In this document: positions 1 through 9,386 of the stretch, piece by piece
Numbering within the stretch: the stretch's first letter is position 1
How the letters are laid out: each line of letters starts with the position of its first letter
Assembly (NCBI GenBank): GCA_048941015.1
Contig: JBHLNZ010000055.1
Location: 1-19,676 of the forward strand
DNA from: Promethearchaeota archaeon
GTDB taxonomy: Archaea; Asgardarchaeota; Lokiarchaeia; Sigyniarchaeales; SOKP01
DNA: 19,676 nt
Direction of reading: 5' to 3'
The notes under the pieces: generated by a model
The model's database searches: none
Seen by the model: only the letters and a program-made list of their open reading frames with translations
What the model was told of the DNA's origin: nothing
Program-made: the position numbers and the translations under genes

Positions 1-206
1 TATTTTTTTATATCAAGATTAATTAAGCTTTCTCTTCGTGAAACCGTTCTTTCACGTATTTCTATATATACCATTGTATTATGACAATAATACTTATGAA
101 AATTATTTAAATTTATATTTACCCCTTTAACTCAAATTGATTATATTTATTAAGAGATTTGATTTAATTAGATTAATTTTTAGAAAAGATAGAATTATAC
201 TCAAAA

Positions 207-1415
207 ATGAATCAAGAAGAAAAGTTTAAATTGAATGGAAAGACTTCAAAAAATTCAGTACTCATTGAATTAATTATCTATATTCTTTTTTGGTTAGGAC
301 CATTAACAGGTAATGTAATCTTGGTTTTATTTGGAGTACTTTCAACTGAATTTAGTGTTAATATTAATAGTCTTCTCATTGCTATACCATCTTTTATGTT
401 TCCCTTTGCAATATTTCAGCTCTTTTCTGGAGCACTTTCTGACATCAAAGGAAGGTTTCCAGTAATTCTTTTTGGGTTAATATTATTTGGTTTAGGTATG
501 CTTATAGCAGCTTTATCATTTTCACTAATAGCATATATTATAGCTAATATTCTTGGTGGCATCGGTTTTGGATTTGTAAATCCAGTATTAATAGCTCTTA
601 TGAGTGATATAACATCTGGTCCTAAGATCCCTAAAAAAATGGGGTATATGGGTGCTGTTGCTAACCTTGGAGTTGGAGTTGGTCCATTAATTGCTGGTCT
701 AATGGTAACATATGGATGGCGTTATCTTTATCTGTTATTTATTTTAATCACTGTTATTGGATTTATAGTAATCTCACTATTAAGAAAACAGCACAAAATC
801 AAAAAAGATACAAGCTTTAAACTATTTCTTTCTCATCTTACTCATGAAATACGACGTATAGAGGTATTATTATTGATCCTTTCTGCATTTTTAGCATCCC
901 ATACTTATTTAGCATCTGTAATTTGGACTTCAAGAGCTTTTACAGGTATAATACCAGAAAATTTAGCAGGTCTAATACTTGCCTTAGTTGGTATTATTGG
1001 TGCTTTAGCAGGGGTTATTATAGGGATAGTTATTGAAAAAAAAGGAGTTGGATATGCCCTGATTTTTGGTTTAATTTCATTATTCATAGGAATGATTATT
1101 TTAACTTCAGTTGGAAAAATCGAAATTGGAAGCCTTGGTTTTATCACAATTGGTTTAATTTTCATGGGCATGGCGGGTGGTACTTTAATACCTTCAATAA
1201 TGTTTTATAGCCAGACATTATCAAAAGAAAGACGTGGAGCTCTTGCGGGTCTAGCAACAGCAGGACAATTTATTGGAATAGCATTAATACCAACCACTTA
1301 TGAGCCTTTTTTCCATTCTGGAGGAATTGGTTTAGTATATCTCATAGTATTGATAGTTTCAATATTCCTTCTAATTGTAATATCTTTACTTTTTATATTA
1401 GCGAAAAAAAGATGA
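207..1415 (+). CDS. Major facilitator superfamily (MFS) transporter, drug/H+ antiporter-like
   Basis: 402 aa, about 12 hydrophobic segments, MFS motif A-like GALSDIKGRFPV between TM2 and TM3, second-half SKERRGALAG; convergent with the hdrA paralog. Confidence 0.9.
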   Translation: MNQEEKFKLNGKTSKNSVLIELIIYILFWLGPLTGNVILVLFGVLSTEFSVNINSLLIAIPSFMFPFAIFQLFSGALSDIKGRFPVILFGLILFGLGMLIAALSFSLIAYIIANILGGIGFGFVNPVLIALMSDITSGPKIPKKMGYMGAVANLGVGVGPLIAGLMVTYGWRYLYLLFILITVIGFIVISLLRKQHKIKKDTSFKLFLSHLTHEIRRIEVLLLILSAFLASHTYLASVIWTSRAFTGIIPENLAGLILALVGIIGALAGVIIGIVIEKKGVGYALIFGLISLFIGMIILTSVGKIEIGSLGFITIGLIFMGMAGGTLIPSIMFYSQTLSKERRGALAGLATAGQFIGIALIPTTYEPFFHSGGIGLVYLIVLIVSIFLLIVISLLFILAKKR

Positions 1416-1436
1416 ATATATTTTTATTAAAACTTA

Positions 1437-4193
1437 TTACTGAATAATTGTCATTCCTTTATCTTCTAAAGGCTTCCCCTCAGCTTTACCTAAGAAATAT
1501 GGATCAATTATAGAAGAAATTTGTTTAAAATCATAATGTCGAGGATCTATGGCTTTTAAACGGCATGTTGCGGAGCATTTTCCACAACCCTTACAGATTG
1601 CAGGATTAATATATGCTTTTTTAGTGGGTATACTAATATCTTCATATTCTTGCTTTACATCGATAAGAGAAATTGCTTTAAACTGACATATCTCAGCACA
1701 CTGTCCACACCCATTACATTTATCTGTGTTAACCTTCATATCCTTAAAGAAACATTCAATGGATAACAAGAATGATAATAATTCTAATTTAGTCGATGAT
1801 ATTTCTTTCAAACTTAAAAATCTGCTTGCTCTCCCAGCTGCTCCATTTGCCTCTAATATCGAGTCTTGAATATTTTTTGGCCATTGAGCACATCCACATA
1901 TAAATATACCATGAGCAGCAAAATCAAGGGGTCTAAGTTTTTCATGCGCTTCTATAAAAAATCCATGTTCGTCTAACGGTACATTCAATTTATTAGCAAG
2001 GTCTTGTAAATCATCAGGTGGAATCATAGGTGTGGATAGGATAATAAGATCTGTCTCTACTTTAATAATGTCACTTGGATCGATAATGCTCGGTACTTTA
2101 ATTTCATATTTTTCAGGATCATCACTTAGTTTAATTACTGATGGTATATGCTTAAGATCATACTTCAAATAATTCGCAATTTTTTTTCTCTTGGATACAT
2201 ATTTTTCAAACTCCTTTTTTGCCATATGAAGTTCTCTGAAAAGGACTAATGTTTCTAAATCAGTCTTAATTTCTTTCAAAACTTGTACATTTTTAATTGT
2301 ATTACTACAACATACATTTGAACAATAAGAAATCCCTCCTTTCTGCCTTGCATTCACACACATAATTGTTGTAACGTGTTTGATGTTGTTCAGCCATGAT
2401 TTATCTTCATACTTTAGTCTTTGCTCCAATTCCTGCTGAGTTATTATGTTTTTATTTTGTTTATTATATTCAAAAAGGCCATGAGGTTTAAATTCAATAC
2501 TTCCGGTCGCAACTATTATAACTCCAACTTCAATTTTACAAGTTTCGGCGGAATTTGCTATAGTTATATTATAATTACCAATGGAACCATTTACATTTTC
2601 TATTTTTGAATTTAAAATAGTTTTAATGTTTTTATTATCTTCCACTTGCTTTTCAATTTCTTCTAAATAATTAGATGCAGGTTGATTAGTTGGATATAAA
2701 ACATTAATATGATTTAAATTACCTCCTAGTTTATTTTCTTTTTCTACTATTATTGTTTCAAATCCTTGGTTGCTAATATTTAGGGCTGCTGTCATTCCAG
2801 ATATGCCTCCACCGATAATAAGAGCTCGTGGTGTAATTTTAATAGTTTCTTCTTCAGGTTTAATGTCTATTCCTCTTTCTCTCGTTTGAGTATATCTAAC
2901 AGGATTCAAAAATGTGGCTACCTGGGAAGCTACACCACTCGCATTAACTACTGTTTCAGAGATATTCATTGGTCCCTGACAAAATCCGCATAAATAAACA
3001 CCATTTCTCGAAGAGAGAGACTTTTCGAAGTAAGATTTTTCTTGAAAGAATCCAAAATCATCTAATTTAATTTTGAGCAGTTTGGCTAAATCTTTTGTTC
3101 CACTAGAAGGAACTAAAGGTGCTGCTAACACAACTAAATTTGCTCTATAACTCTTATCTATATCCCCTGTTTTTAAATCATCATAATGAATAATTAAGTC
3201 AGTAGTTTCTGGATCTTCTTCGATAGATTTAATATTTGAATTTATATAGCTTATATTAAAATCAGATTGAGCTTTTTTAGTATATTCATAGAAATTTTTC
3301 CCGAATACCCTTATATTATGTCTAAATATATAAATCTGAGAATCTTCAATATAATTCTTGGTGAGGATTGCATCTTTAGTTGTATACATACAACAAACAC
3401 GTGAACAATAAGGTATGTTTTCTACCAAATAACTTGAACCTGGACAGTGAATGAAAGCAATGCTTTGAGGCTCACTATCATCACTTGGTCGAAGAATTTG
3501 ATTTCCAAATGGTCCTGTAGGACATAGAATTCTTTCATATTCTAAAGCATTAACAACATTTTTAAAATGATATCCCCATTTTGGTGATAATTTGTTACCA
3601 AGCATATCGAATCCAGTAGCTACAACAATAGCACCAACTTTTAAATTAATCTCCTGAGGCTTCTGATCAAAATCTATAGCTTCACCCTTGCATACTTTTT
3701 TACATACTCCACATACGTTTCTGTTTAAATATAGACATAACTCAGGATCTATTATATAAACCGGAGGCGTAGCTTGTGGAAATGGCATATAAATTGACTT
3801 TCTTTTGCCTAAATTCATATCGAATATATTTGGAGTTTCAACTTTTGGACATTTGGCAGCACAATCCCCGCAACCTTTACATTTGGATTCGTCAACATAT
3901 CTTGGTTTTTTAAGAATAGTAATTTCAAAATTTCCTGCATTTCCCGATAACTTCTGTACCTCAGATAATGTATACAATTGAATATTTGGATTTCTATAGA
4001 CTGCAACCATTTTAGGGGCAAGGATACAAAGACTACAATCATTTGCAGGGAATAGTTTATCAAATTGAGCCATGTGCCCTCCAATTGACGGCTCTCTCTC
4101 TACTAAATAAACCTTAAACCCAAGTTCAGTTAGATCTAAAGAACATTGAATTCCTGCGATACCACCACCAATAACTAACACTGATCCTTCCAT
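1437..4193 (-). CDS. hdrA: HdrA-like tandem flavoprotein (two FAD modules, ferredoxin domains), lacking the internal CHCG Fe-S domain
   Basis: 918 aa; VIGGGIAG and IIGGGISG FAD motifs, FPANDCSLC, CKGCGDC/CGVCKKVC, YCSRVCC, YCSNVCC, C-terminal CNGCGQC/CKGCGKC; colinear with the 1028-aa paralog apart from a ~139-aa deletion; SD-like AGGGTG 8 nt before ATG. Confidence 0.9.
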   Translation of the reverse strand: MEGSVLVIGGGIAGIQCSLDLTELGFKVYLVEREPSIGGHMAQFDKLFPANDCSLCILAPKMVAVYRNPNIQLYTLSEVQKLSGNAGNFEITILKKPRYVDESKCKGCGDCAAKCPKVETPNIFDMNLGKRKSIYMPFPQATPPVYIIDPELCLYLNRNVCGVCKKVCKGEAIDFDQKPQEINLKVGAIVVATGFDMLGNKLSPKWGYHFKNVVNALEYERILCPTGPFGNQILRPSDDSEPQSIAFIHCPGSSYLVENIPYCSRVCCMYTTKDAILTKNYIEDSQIYIFRHNIRVFGKNFYEYTKKAQSDFNISYINSNIKSIEEDPETTDLIIHYDDLKTGDIDKSYRANLVVLAAPLVPSSGTKDLAKLLKIKLDDFGFFQEKSYFEKSLSSRNGVYLCGFCQGPMNISETVVNASGVASQVATFLNPVRYTQTRERGIDIKPEEETIKITPRALIIGGGISGMTAALNISNQGFETIIVEKENKLGGNLNHINVLYPTNQPASNYLEEIEKQVEDNKNIKTILNSKIENVNGSIGNYNITIANSAETCKIEVGVIIVATGSIEFKPHGLFEYNKQNKNIITQQELEQRLKYEDKSWLNNIKHVTTIMCVNARQKGGISYCSNVCCSNTIKNVQVLKEIKTDLETLVLFRELHMAKKEFEKYVSKRKKIANYLKYDLKHIPSVIKLSDDPEKYEIKVPSIIDPSDIIKVETDLIILSTPMIPPDDLQDLANKLNVPLDEHGFFIEAHEKLRPLDFAAHGIFICGCAQWPKNIQDSILEANGAAGRASRFLSLKEISSTKLELLSFLLSIECFFKDMKVNTDKCNGCGQCAEICQFKAISLIDVKQEYEDISIPTKKAYINPAICKGCGKCSATCRLKAIDPRHYDFKQISSIIDPYFLGKAEGKPLEDKGMTIIQ

Positions 4194-4282
4194 ATAGATA
4201 ACACCCTAATCGAAATTTTAACTACTTTCCCCTCTCGAAAAAGTCGTTAAAAGTTCGATAGTCATAAAATAAGTAAAATCTC

Positions 4283-4291
4283 TTATATAAA
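4283..4291 (-). promoter_or_regulatory. Putative archaeal TATA box for the 918-aa hdrA paralog
   Basis: TTTATATAA on the minus strand about 90 nt upstream of the ATG at 4193; AT-rich background lowers certainty. Confidence 0.4.
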
Positions 4292-4307
4292 TATTATGCA
4301 CTAGTTT

Positions 4308-4578
4308 TGATAAATCTCGATCATTTTTTCTGTTCAAAATTATGATTTCTGATCATTTATTCATTTTTTATTTTGGGATCCATCAATTTTTTTATTTTAA
4401 ATGATCAATTTAGATCATTCATTAATCTTTAAATCCGTAAAAATTTTCTTTATGAATTGAAAAATCTGGAATTGAATTTTGAACAATTCATACTGAATAT
4501 CTGTAGCTTTTTGATCATTTTTCCCTTTTTTTCTACAAATTTAAAAATTTAAAATTAGATTTTGATCTAAATTGATAA
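4308..4578. promoter_or_regulatory. Array of palindromic TGATC-N6-GATCA-like sites (candidate operators)
   Basis: TGATA-AATCTC-GATCA 4308-4323, perfect TGATC-AATTTA-GATCA 4402-4417, TGATC-TAAATT-GATAA 4563-4578; seven GATC tetramers between 4319 and 4567. Confidence 0.55.
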
Positions 4579-4671
4579 ATTGATAAAAAGAAGTGTCTTT
4601 ATAATTTTTTCATTTTCTATATTTTAATTCTAATTAAGTAATCATATAATACTTTTAAAGGACATAACTCT

Positions 4672-5658
4672 TTAATTTGATAATATTACAGAGTCTAACA
4701 GTTCAATAAGAGCTGACAAATCAAAAGGTTTTATGAAGTATCCATCTACACCCGTTTCCTCTTTTTTACTCTTTACTATCTCTTCAGGATAAGCAGTCTC
4801 ATAGAAAATAGGTATATGCTTTAAATTATTATTTCCTTTAATCTGCTTGCATACTTCATAACCCTTCAGGTACCCATCAGGTAACCTTATGTCTAACAAT
4901 ATTATTTTTGGTATTGATGCTTTCAATTGATTTAATCCTCCTTGACCTGTTGTAGCTATTTTATAAGAATAACCTTTCTTTTTAAAAATTTCTTCGAAAA
5001 AGTGAATAGTTGGTGGATTATCTTCAATCAATAAAACATCAATATATTTTCCTCCTTTATTATTCGAAATTTTCGATTCAAGTAACTGACATTGTTCATA
5101 TATATTTTCAATAGCATTTGCTACTTTATTGCTTAGCTCTTCTTTATATTCATTTAATAGTAATTCTGAAAATCCTTTTATTGCTGTAAGAGATTCTTTC
5201 ACCTCAAATAGAATTTTGGATATATCTTTATCATCCATATTAGATTCAAATATTGATGAATCTAAATGGTGCTTTATGTAATAATCAACACCAACTCTGA
5301 TTAATTTTGAAAAGGATGCAAAACTTTCATTACCTTCTATAAATTCATACCATTGTTTCTTTTTTTTTTCAGAAATATAAAAGGAAATCCTCTCTTTAGA
5401 GCGTTCATATACTTTTTGACCTGTTAAATATCGCCGAAAGGGATTTGTGACCCTTCCTTCCCATACAGCAGATTTACCAGTTTCTTTTTTATATTCTATT
5501 TGTTTTTCTCTAAGCACATCTTTACTTAATCCAAGTTGTTGGATTTCCTTATCATTATAAATTGTTTCTAGATTCTCTTCCATAATTCTATATTCTTTCT
5601 TATCATCGTTTTCTTTCTCATCATCATCATTTTTTTCATTGGTTGAAATTAATCTCAC
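4672..5658 (-). CDS. Response regulator: N-terminal ribbon-helix-helix-like segment, degenerate HisKA-like helices, C-terminal receiver domain
   Basis: REC motifs LLIEDN, ILLDIRLP (D256), FYETA, FIKPF; KERISFYISEKKKKQW...SFSKLIRVGVDYYI resembles RHH; LFEVKESLTAIKGFSELL resembles an H-box without His. Start uncertain (GTG 5658 or ATG 5583). Confidence 0.8.
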   Translation of the reverse strand: MRLISTNEKNDDDEKENDDKKEYRIMEENLETIYNDKEIQQLGLSKDVLREKQIEYKKETGKSAVWEGRVTNPFRRYLTGQKVYERSKERISFYISEKKKKQWYEFIEGNESFASFSKLIRVGVDYYIKHHLDSSIFESNMDDKDISKILFEVKESLTAIKGFSELLLNEYKEELSNKVANAIENIYEQCQLLESKISNNKGGKYIDVLLIEDNPPTIHFFEEIFKKKGYSYKIATTGQGGLNQLKASIPKIILLDIRLPDGYLKGYEVCKQIKGNNNLKHIPIFYETAYPEEIVKSKKEETGVDGYFIKPFDLSALIELLDSVILSN

Positions 5659-5841
5659 CCTTGTATAAAATTTTTATAACTAAGATTTCTTTGTTATCAA
5701 AAGAATCTTATCTGTGTACAAAATAGATGGTTTACTATTTAAATTTTATGCTCACAAAAATCTTTTTTATCTCAAGGTATCTTATTATGATAATAATATA
5801 TTAGCCCTAAAAGGGAGGTAAAATTTGTTAAGATCAACTGA

Positions 5842-6279
5842 TTATAAGACTTTTAGTGGGCCTAACTCTTTAATCTCATTTGTAAATTCTGTTATTAAGT
5901 CTGCAAAACGTTTACCTTCTGAAGCACTTACCCATTCCAGACGCACTCGCTTTTCATTTATACCTAATTGTTTAATAATAATATTATGCAATCTTTCAAA
6001 TCTTTCCCTGGCATATTCATTACCAGAGATATAATGACAGTCACCAATATGACACCCCGTTATTAAAACACCATCAGCACCATCCTTCAAGGCCCTGATT
6101 ATAAAAGAAGGATCAACCCTTCCTGAACACATTACACGTACAATTCTCATATTTGGAGGGTATTGAAACCTTGAAACTCCAGCTAAATCAGCTCCAGCAT
6201 AAGAACACCAATTACAACAAAAAACCAAAATTTCTGGATTAAAATCTGGATACTTTACTTTAGATTTTGCTTTTGGCAT
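5842..6279 (-). CDS. mvhD: MvhD/FlpD [2Fe-2S] subunit, Cys form
   Basis: FCCNWCSYAGADLAG, RVMCSGRVDP, GADGVLITGCHIGDCHY, WVSASEG are hallmark MvhD motifs. Confidence 0.95.
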   Translation of the reverse strand: MPKAKSKVKYPDFNPEILVFCCNWCSYAGADLAGVSRFQYPPNMRIVRVMCSGRVDPSFIIRALKDGADGVLITGCHIGDCHYISGNEYARERFERLHNIIIKQLGINEKRVRLEWVSASEGKRFADLITEFTNEIKELGPLKVL

Positions 6280-6299
6280 AATACATTACCTTTCCATTG

Positions 6300-9200
6300 T
6301 TATGTTTCTAATAAAAATGATTCAATCATAGCAGTTATTTGATCAAAATCATACTGCTTTATAGATATCGCCCCATTCGGGCAAGTTGCAGCACATGTGC
6401 CACAACCTTTACATAAGGCAGAATTTATGAAAGATTTTTTAACTATGAGACTTACATCTTCAAATTCTTTTGTTGATTCCAAAATATCTATAGCATTGTA
6501 AGGGCACACAGATTCGCATTTTCCACATCCGATACAATTTTCTGGATCTGTTTCAGCAACGATGCCTGATGTCGTTATTTCCTTGGCGTTTAAAAATCTA
6601 CTAGCTCTACCTGCTGCCCCATTTGCTTGAGAGATAGTATCTTGAATATTTTTTGGCCATTGAGCACAACCACAAAGAAATATACCATCTGTAGCAAAAT
6701 CTAAGGGCCTTAATTTCACATGAGCTTCAAGAAAAAAGCCGTTTTTATCTAATGGAACTTTTAACATCTTAGCCAATTCCTCTAAATTATCAGCAGGAAT
6801 TATGGGAGTTGATAATATAATCATATCAGTTTCAAATTCAAGAAAATCGTGCAAATTAGTATCATATAATTTAATTTCGTACTTTTCAGGACTTTTACTC
6901 TTTTTATTAATTATGGGAAGATTATCCAAATCATATCTTAGGAAAATTGCATCTTTTCTTCTTTCTCGATAATATTCTTCATATTTCTTCTTTGCCATTT
7001 GAAGATCTCTATAAAGCACAATTATCTCAAGGTTAGGTTTTAGTTTTTTTAAAAGACTAACATTTTTAATTGAATTCCCGCAACATATATTGGAACAGTA
7101 AGTAATTCCCTCTGATTGTCTTGCATTTACACATAAAATTGTAGTTATTCGATTTATATTTCTAAGCCAATCTCCTCCTTCTTCTTTCAGCTTTTGTTCT
7201 AATTCTAATTGGGTTAAAACATTTCTATTGTCTTTCTTATATTGAAATAAATCTTTAGGTTTTAACTCTTGTCCTCCAGTGGCAACAATGATCGTTCCAA
7301 TACTTAATTCTTGCACTTTATTTTTTGAATCAGCGACAGAAACAATATAATTACCAACATATCCTTTAACGTCTTTGACTTTCGCATTTAAGAAAACTTG
7401 AATAATATCATTTTTATTAACTTTTTCTATCGTTTGATTTAAAAATTCTGAGGCGTTTTCTTCAATCGGATATAATACATTAAGGTGATTTAAATTCCCA
7501 CCTAATATTTTTTCCTTTTCGACTATAAATGTTTTGAATCCTTGGCTTGCGATATTTAATGCGGCAGTCATTCCAGCAATTCCACCACCAATGACTAAAG
7601 CTGTAGGAGTGATCTTTAATAGTTCTTCTTTTAAGGGTTTCAATAATCTTGATTTCGCAACAGCCATTCGGATTAAATCTTTAGCTTTTTGAGTTGCAGC
7701 TTCTGCATCATCCATGTGAACCCAAGAACATTGATCTCTTATATTTACCATTTCAAATAAATATTTATTCAAACCCGCTTCTTGACAGGTTTCTTGAAAT
7801 AAAGATTCATGAGTCCTTGGCGTACAAGATGCAACTATAAATCGATTTAAATTATAATTCTTTATTAATTCCTTAATTCGAGCTTGGGAATCAGAACTAC
7901 AGGAATACAAATTATCTTCACAATGAACAACATTCGGTAAAGTTCTTACATATTCTGCCAGTAGAGGTACATGAACATACTTACCTATATTTATTCCACA
8001 ATGACAGATGAGAACACCAATTCTAGGTTCATCTGTAACTTTAACTTCTAACTCTAGTACTTCGATTACTTTTTCTTTAATTTCGTTAAACTTTACAGAA
8101 TTTAAGAATGAAGTGACCTGTCCTGCTACACCACTTGCATCAGCAACAGTTTCTGGGATGTCCATTGGTCCCTGACAAAATCCACATAAATAGATACCCT
8201 CTCTTGTTGATTGGGATTTATGATAATAATCTTTTTCTTTAAAAAAGTTATAATTATCAAGTTCAACTTTCAAAATATCTGACAACCCTTTGGTTCCTTC
8301 AGACGGGACTAATGGGGTTGCTAGTACTACTAGATTAGCTTTAAAATCATGAAATTCGCCTGTTTTTAAATCTTCATAATGAATTATTAGATCTTTACTT
8401 TCTGGATCTTCTTCAATTTTACTTATTTTTGTTTGAAAATATTTTACGCCATACTCTTTTTGAGCCCTTTGTGTAAATTCATAGAAATTTTTACCGTAAG
8501 CTCTTATATCGTGCCGAAATACAAAACATTTCGATTTTTCTGAATGCTCTTTTGTTATAATAGCTTCTTTGGCAGTATACATACAACATACACTAGAACA
8601 ATATGGTACATTCTCATGCAAATCTCTTGAGCCAGCACATTGTATAAAAGCAATTTTTTCAGGTTCATTCTGATCACTCGGTCTTAGGACATGGCCACCA
8701 AAAGGTCCTGAAGCACATAAGATTCTTTCATATTCAAGTGCACTTACCACATTATCAAATCGGTATCCCCATCTTGAAGTTAAATTTTCCGCAGGCATAT
8801 CAAATCCAGTGGCAACAACTATACAACCAACATTTAATTCAATTTCCTTCGGTTTTTGCTCAAAATCGATTGCTTCAGCTTGACAAACTTTTGCACAAAC
8901 TCCACATACATCTTTGTTTATTTTCAAGCATAATTCTGGATCTATTAAATAAACGGGAGGAACAGCTTGAGGAAATGGAATATATGCTGACTTTCTTTTA
9001 CCTAAATTCATATCAAAGAGGTTGGGAACTTCTATTTTAGGACACTTAGAAGCACAGTCACCACATCCTTTACATTTTGTCTCATCTATATATCGGGGTT
9101 TCTTAAGAACTTTTACTTGAAAATCTCCAGCTTTACCAGAGACTTCTTGTACTTCATGGAATGTCATGAGTTCGATATTTGGGTTTCTGAAAACTTCGAC

Positions 9201-9386
9201 CATTTTAGGTGCAAGTATACATAAACTACAATCATTTGTTGGAAATGTCTTATCAAGTTGAGCCATCCTTCCTCCTATTGAGGGCGATTTTTCAACCAAA
9301 TATACTTTATAACCTAATTCTGTTAAATCTAACGAAGTTTGAATTCCAGCGATTCCACCACCAATAACTAAAACTGAACCCTCCAT
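6300..9386 (-). CDS. hdrA: Large tandem HdrA-like flavoprotein (two FAD modules, internal CHCG Fe-S domain, ferredoxin domains), all Cys
   Basis: 1028 aa; GGGIAG twice, QLDKTFPTNDCSLC, FIQCAGSR...CSSVCC, RIGVLICHCG...ASCTPRTHE...NIRDQCSWVH, EAHVKLRPLD, C-terminal 2x CxxCxxCxxxCP; start overlaps upstream stop (TAATG at 9386). Confidence 0.95.
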   Translation of the reverse strand: MEGSVLVIGGGIAGIQTSLDLTELGYKVYLVEKSPSIGGRMAQLDKTFPTNDCSLCILAPKMVEVFRNPNIELMTFHEVQEVSGKAGDFQVKVLKKPRYIDETKCKGCGDCASKCPKIEVPNLFDMNLGKRKSAYIPFPQAVPPVYLIDPELCLKINKDVCGVCAKVCQAEAIDFEQKPKEIELNVGCIVVATGFDMPAENLTSRWGYRFDNVVSALEYERILCASGPFGGHVLRPSDQNEPEKIAFIQCAGSRDLHENVPYCSSVCCMYTAKEAIITKEHSEKSKCFVFRHDIRAYGKNFYEFTQRAQKEYGVKYFQTKISKIEEDPESKDLIIHYEDLKTGEFHDFKANLVVLATPLVPSEGTKGLSDILKVELDNYNFFKEKDYYHKSQSTREGIYLCGFCQGPMDIPETVADASGVAGQVTSFLNSVKFNEIKEKVIEVLELEVKVTDEPRIGVLICHCGINIGKYVHVPLLAEYVRTLPNVVHCEDNLYSCSSDSQARIKELIKNYNLNRFIVASCTPRTHESLFQETCQEAGLNKYLFEMVNIRDQCSWVHMDDAEAATQKAKDLIRMAVAKSRLLKPLKEELLKITPTALVIGGGIAGMTAALNIASQGFKTFIVEKEKILGGNLNHLNVLYPIEENASEFLNQTIEKVNKNDIIQVFLNAKVKDVKGYVGNYIVSVADSKNKVQELSIGTIIVATGGQELKPKDLFQYKKDNRNVLTQLELEQKLKEEGGDWLRNINRITTILCVNARQSEGITYCSNICCGNSIKNVSLLKKLKPNLEIIVLYRDLQMAKKKYEEYYRERRKDAIFLRYDLDNLPIINKKSKSPEKYEIKLYDTNLHDFLEFETDMIILSTPIIPADNLEELAKMLKVPLDKNGFFLEAHVKLRPLDFATDGIFLCGCAQWPKNIQDTISQANGAAGRASRFLNAKEITTSGIVAETDPENCIGCGKCESVCPYNAIDILESTKEFEDVSLIVKKSFINSALCKGCGTCAATCPNGAISIKQYDFDQITAMIESFLLET

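Noticed and set aside
1-74. Possible minus-strand ORF start (MVYIEIRERTVSRRESLINLDIKK...) running off the left edge
   Set aside because: Only 24 codons are visible, with no SD or motif support.
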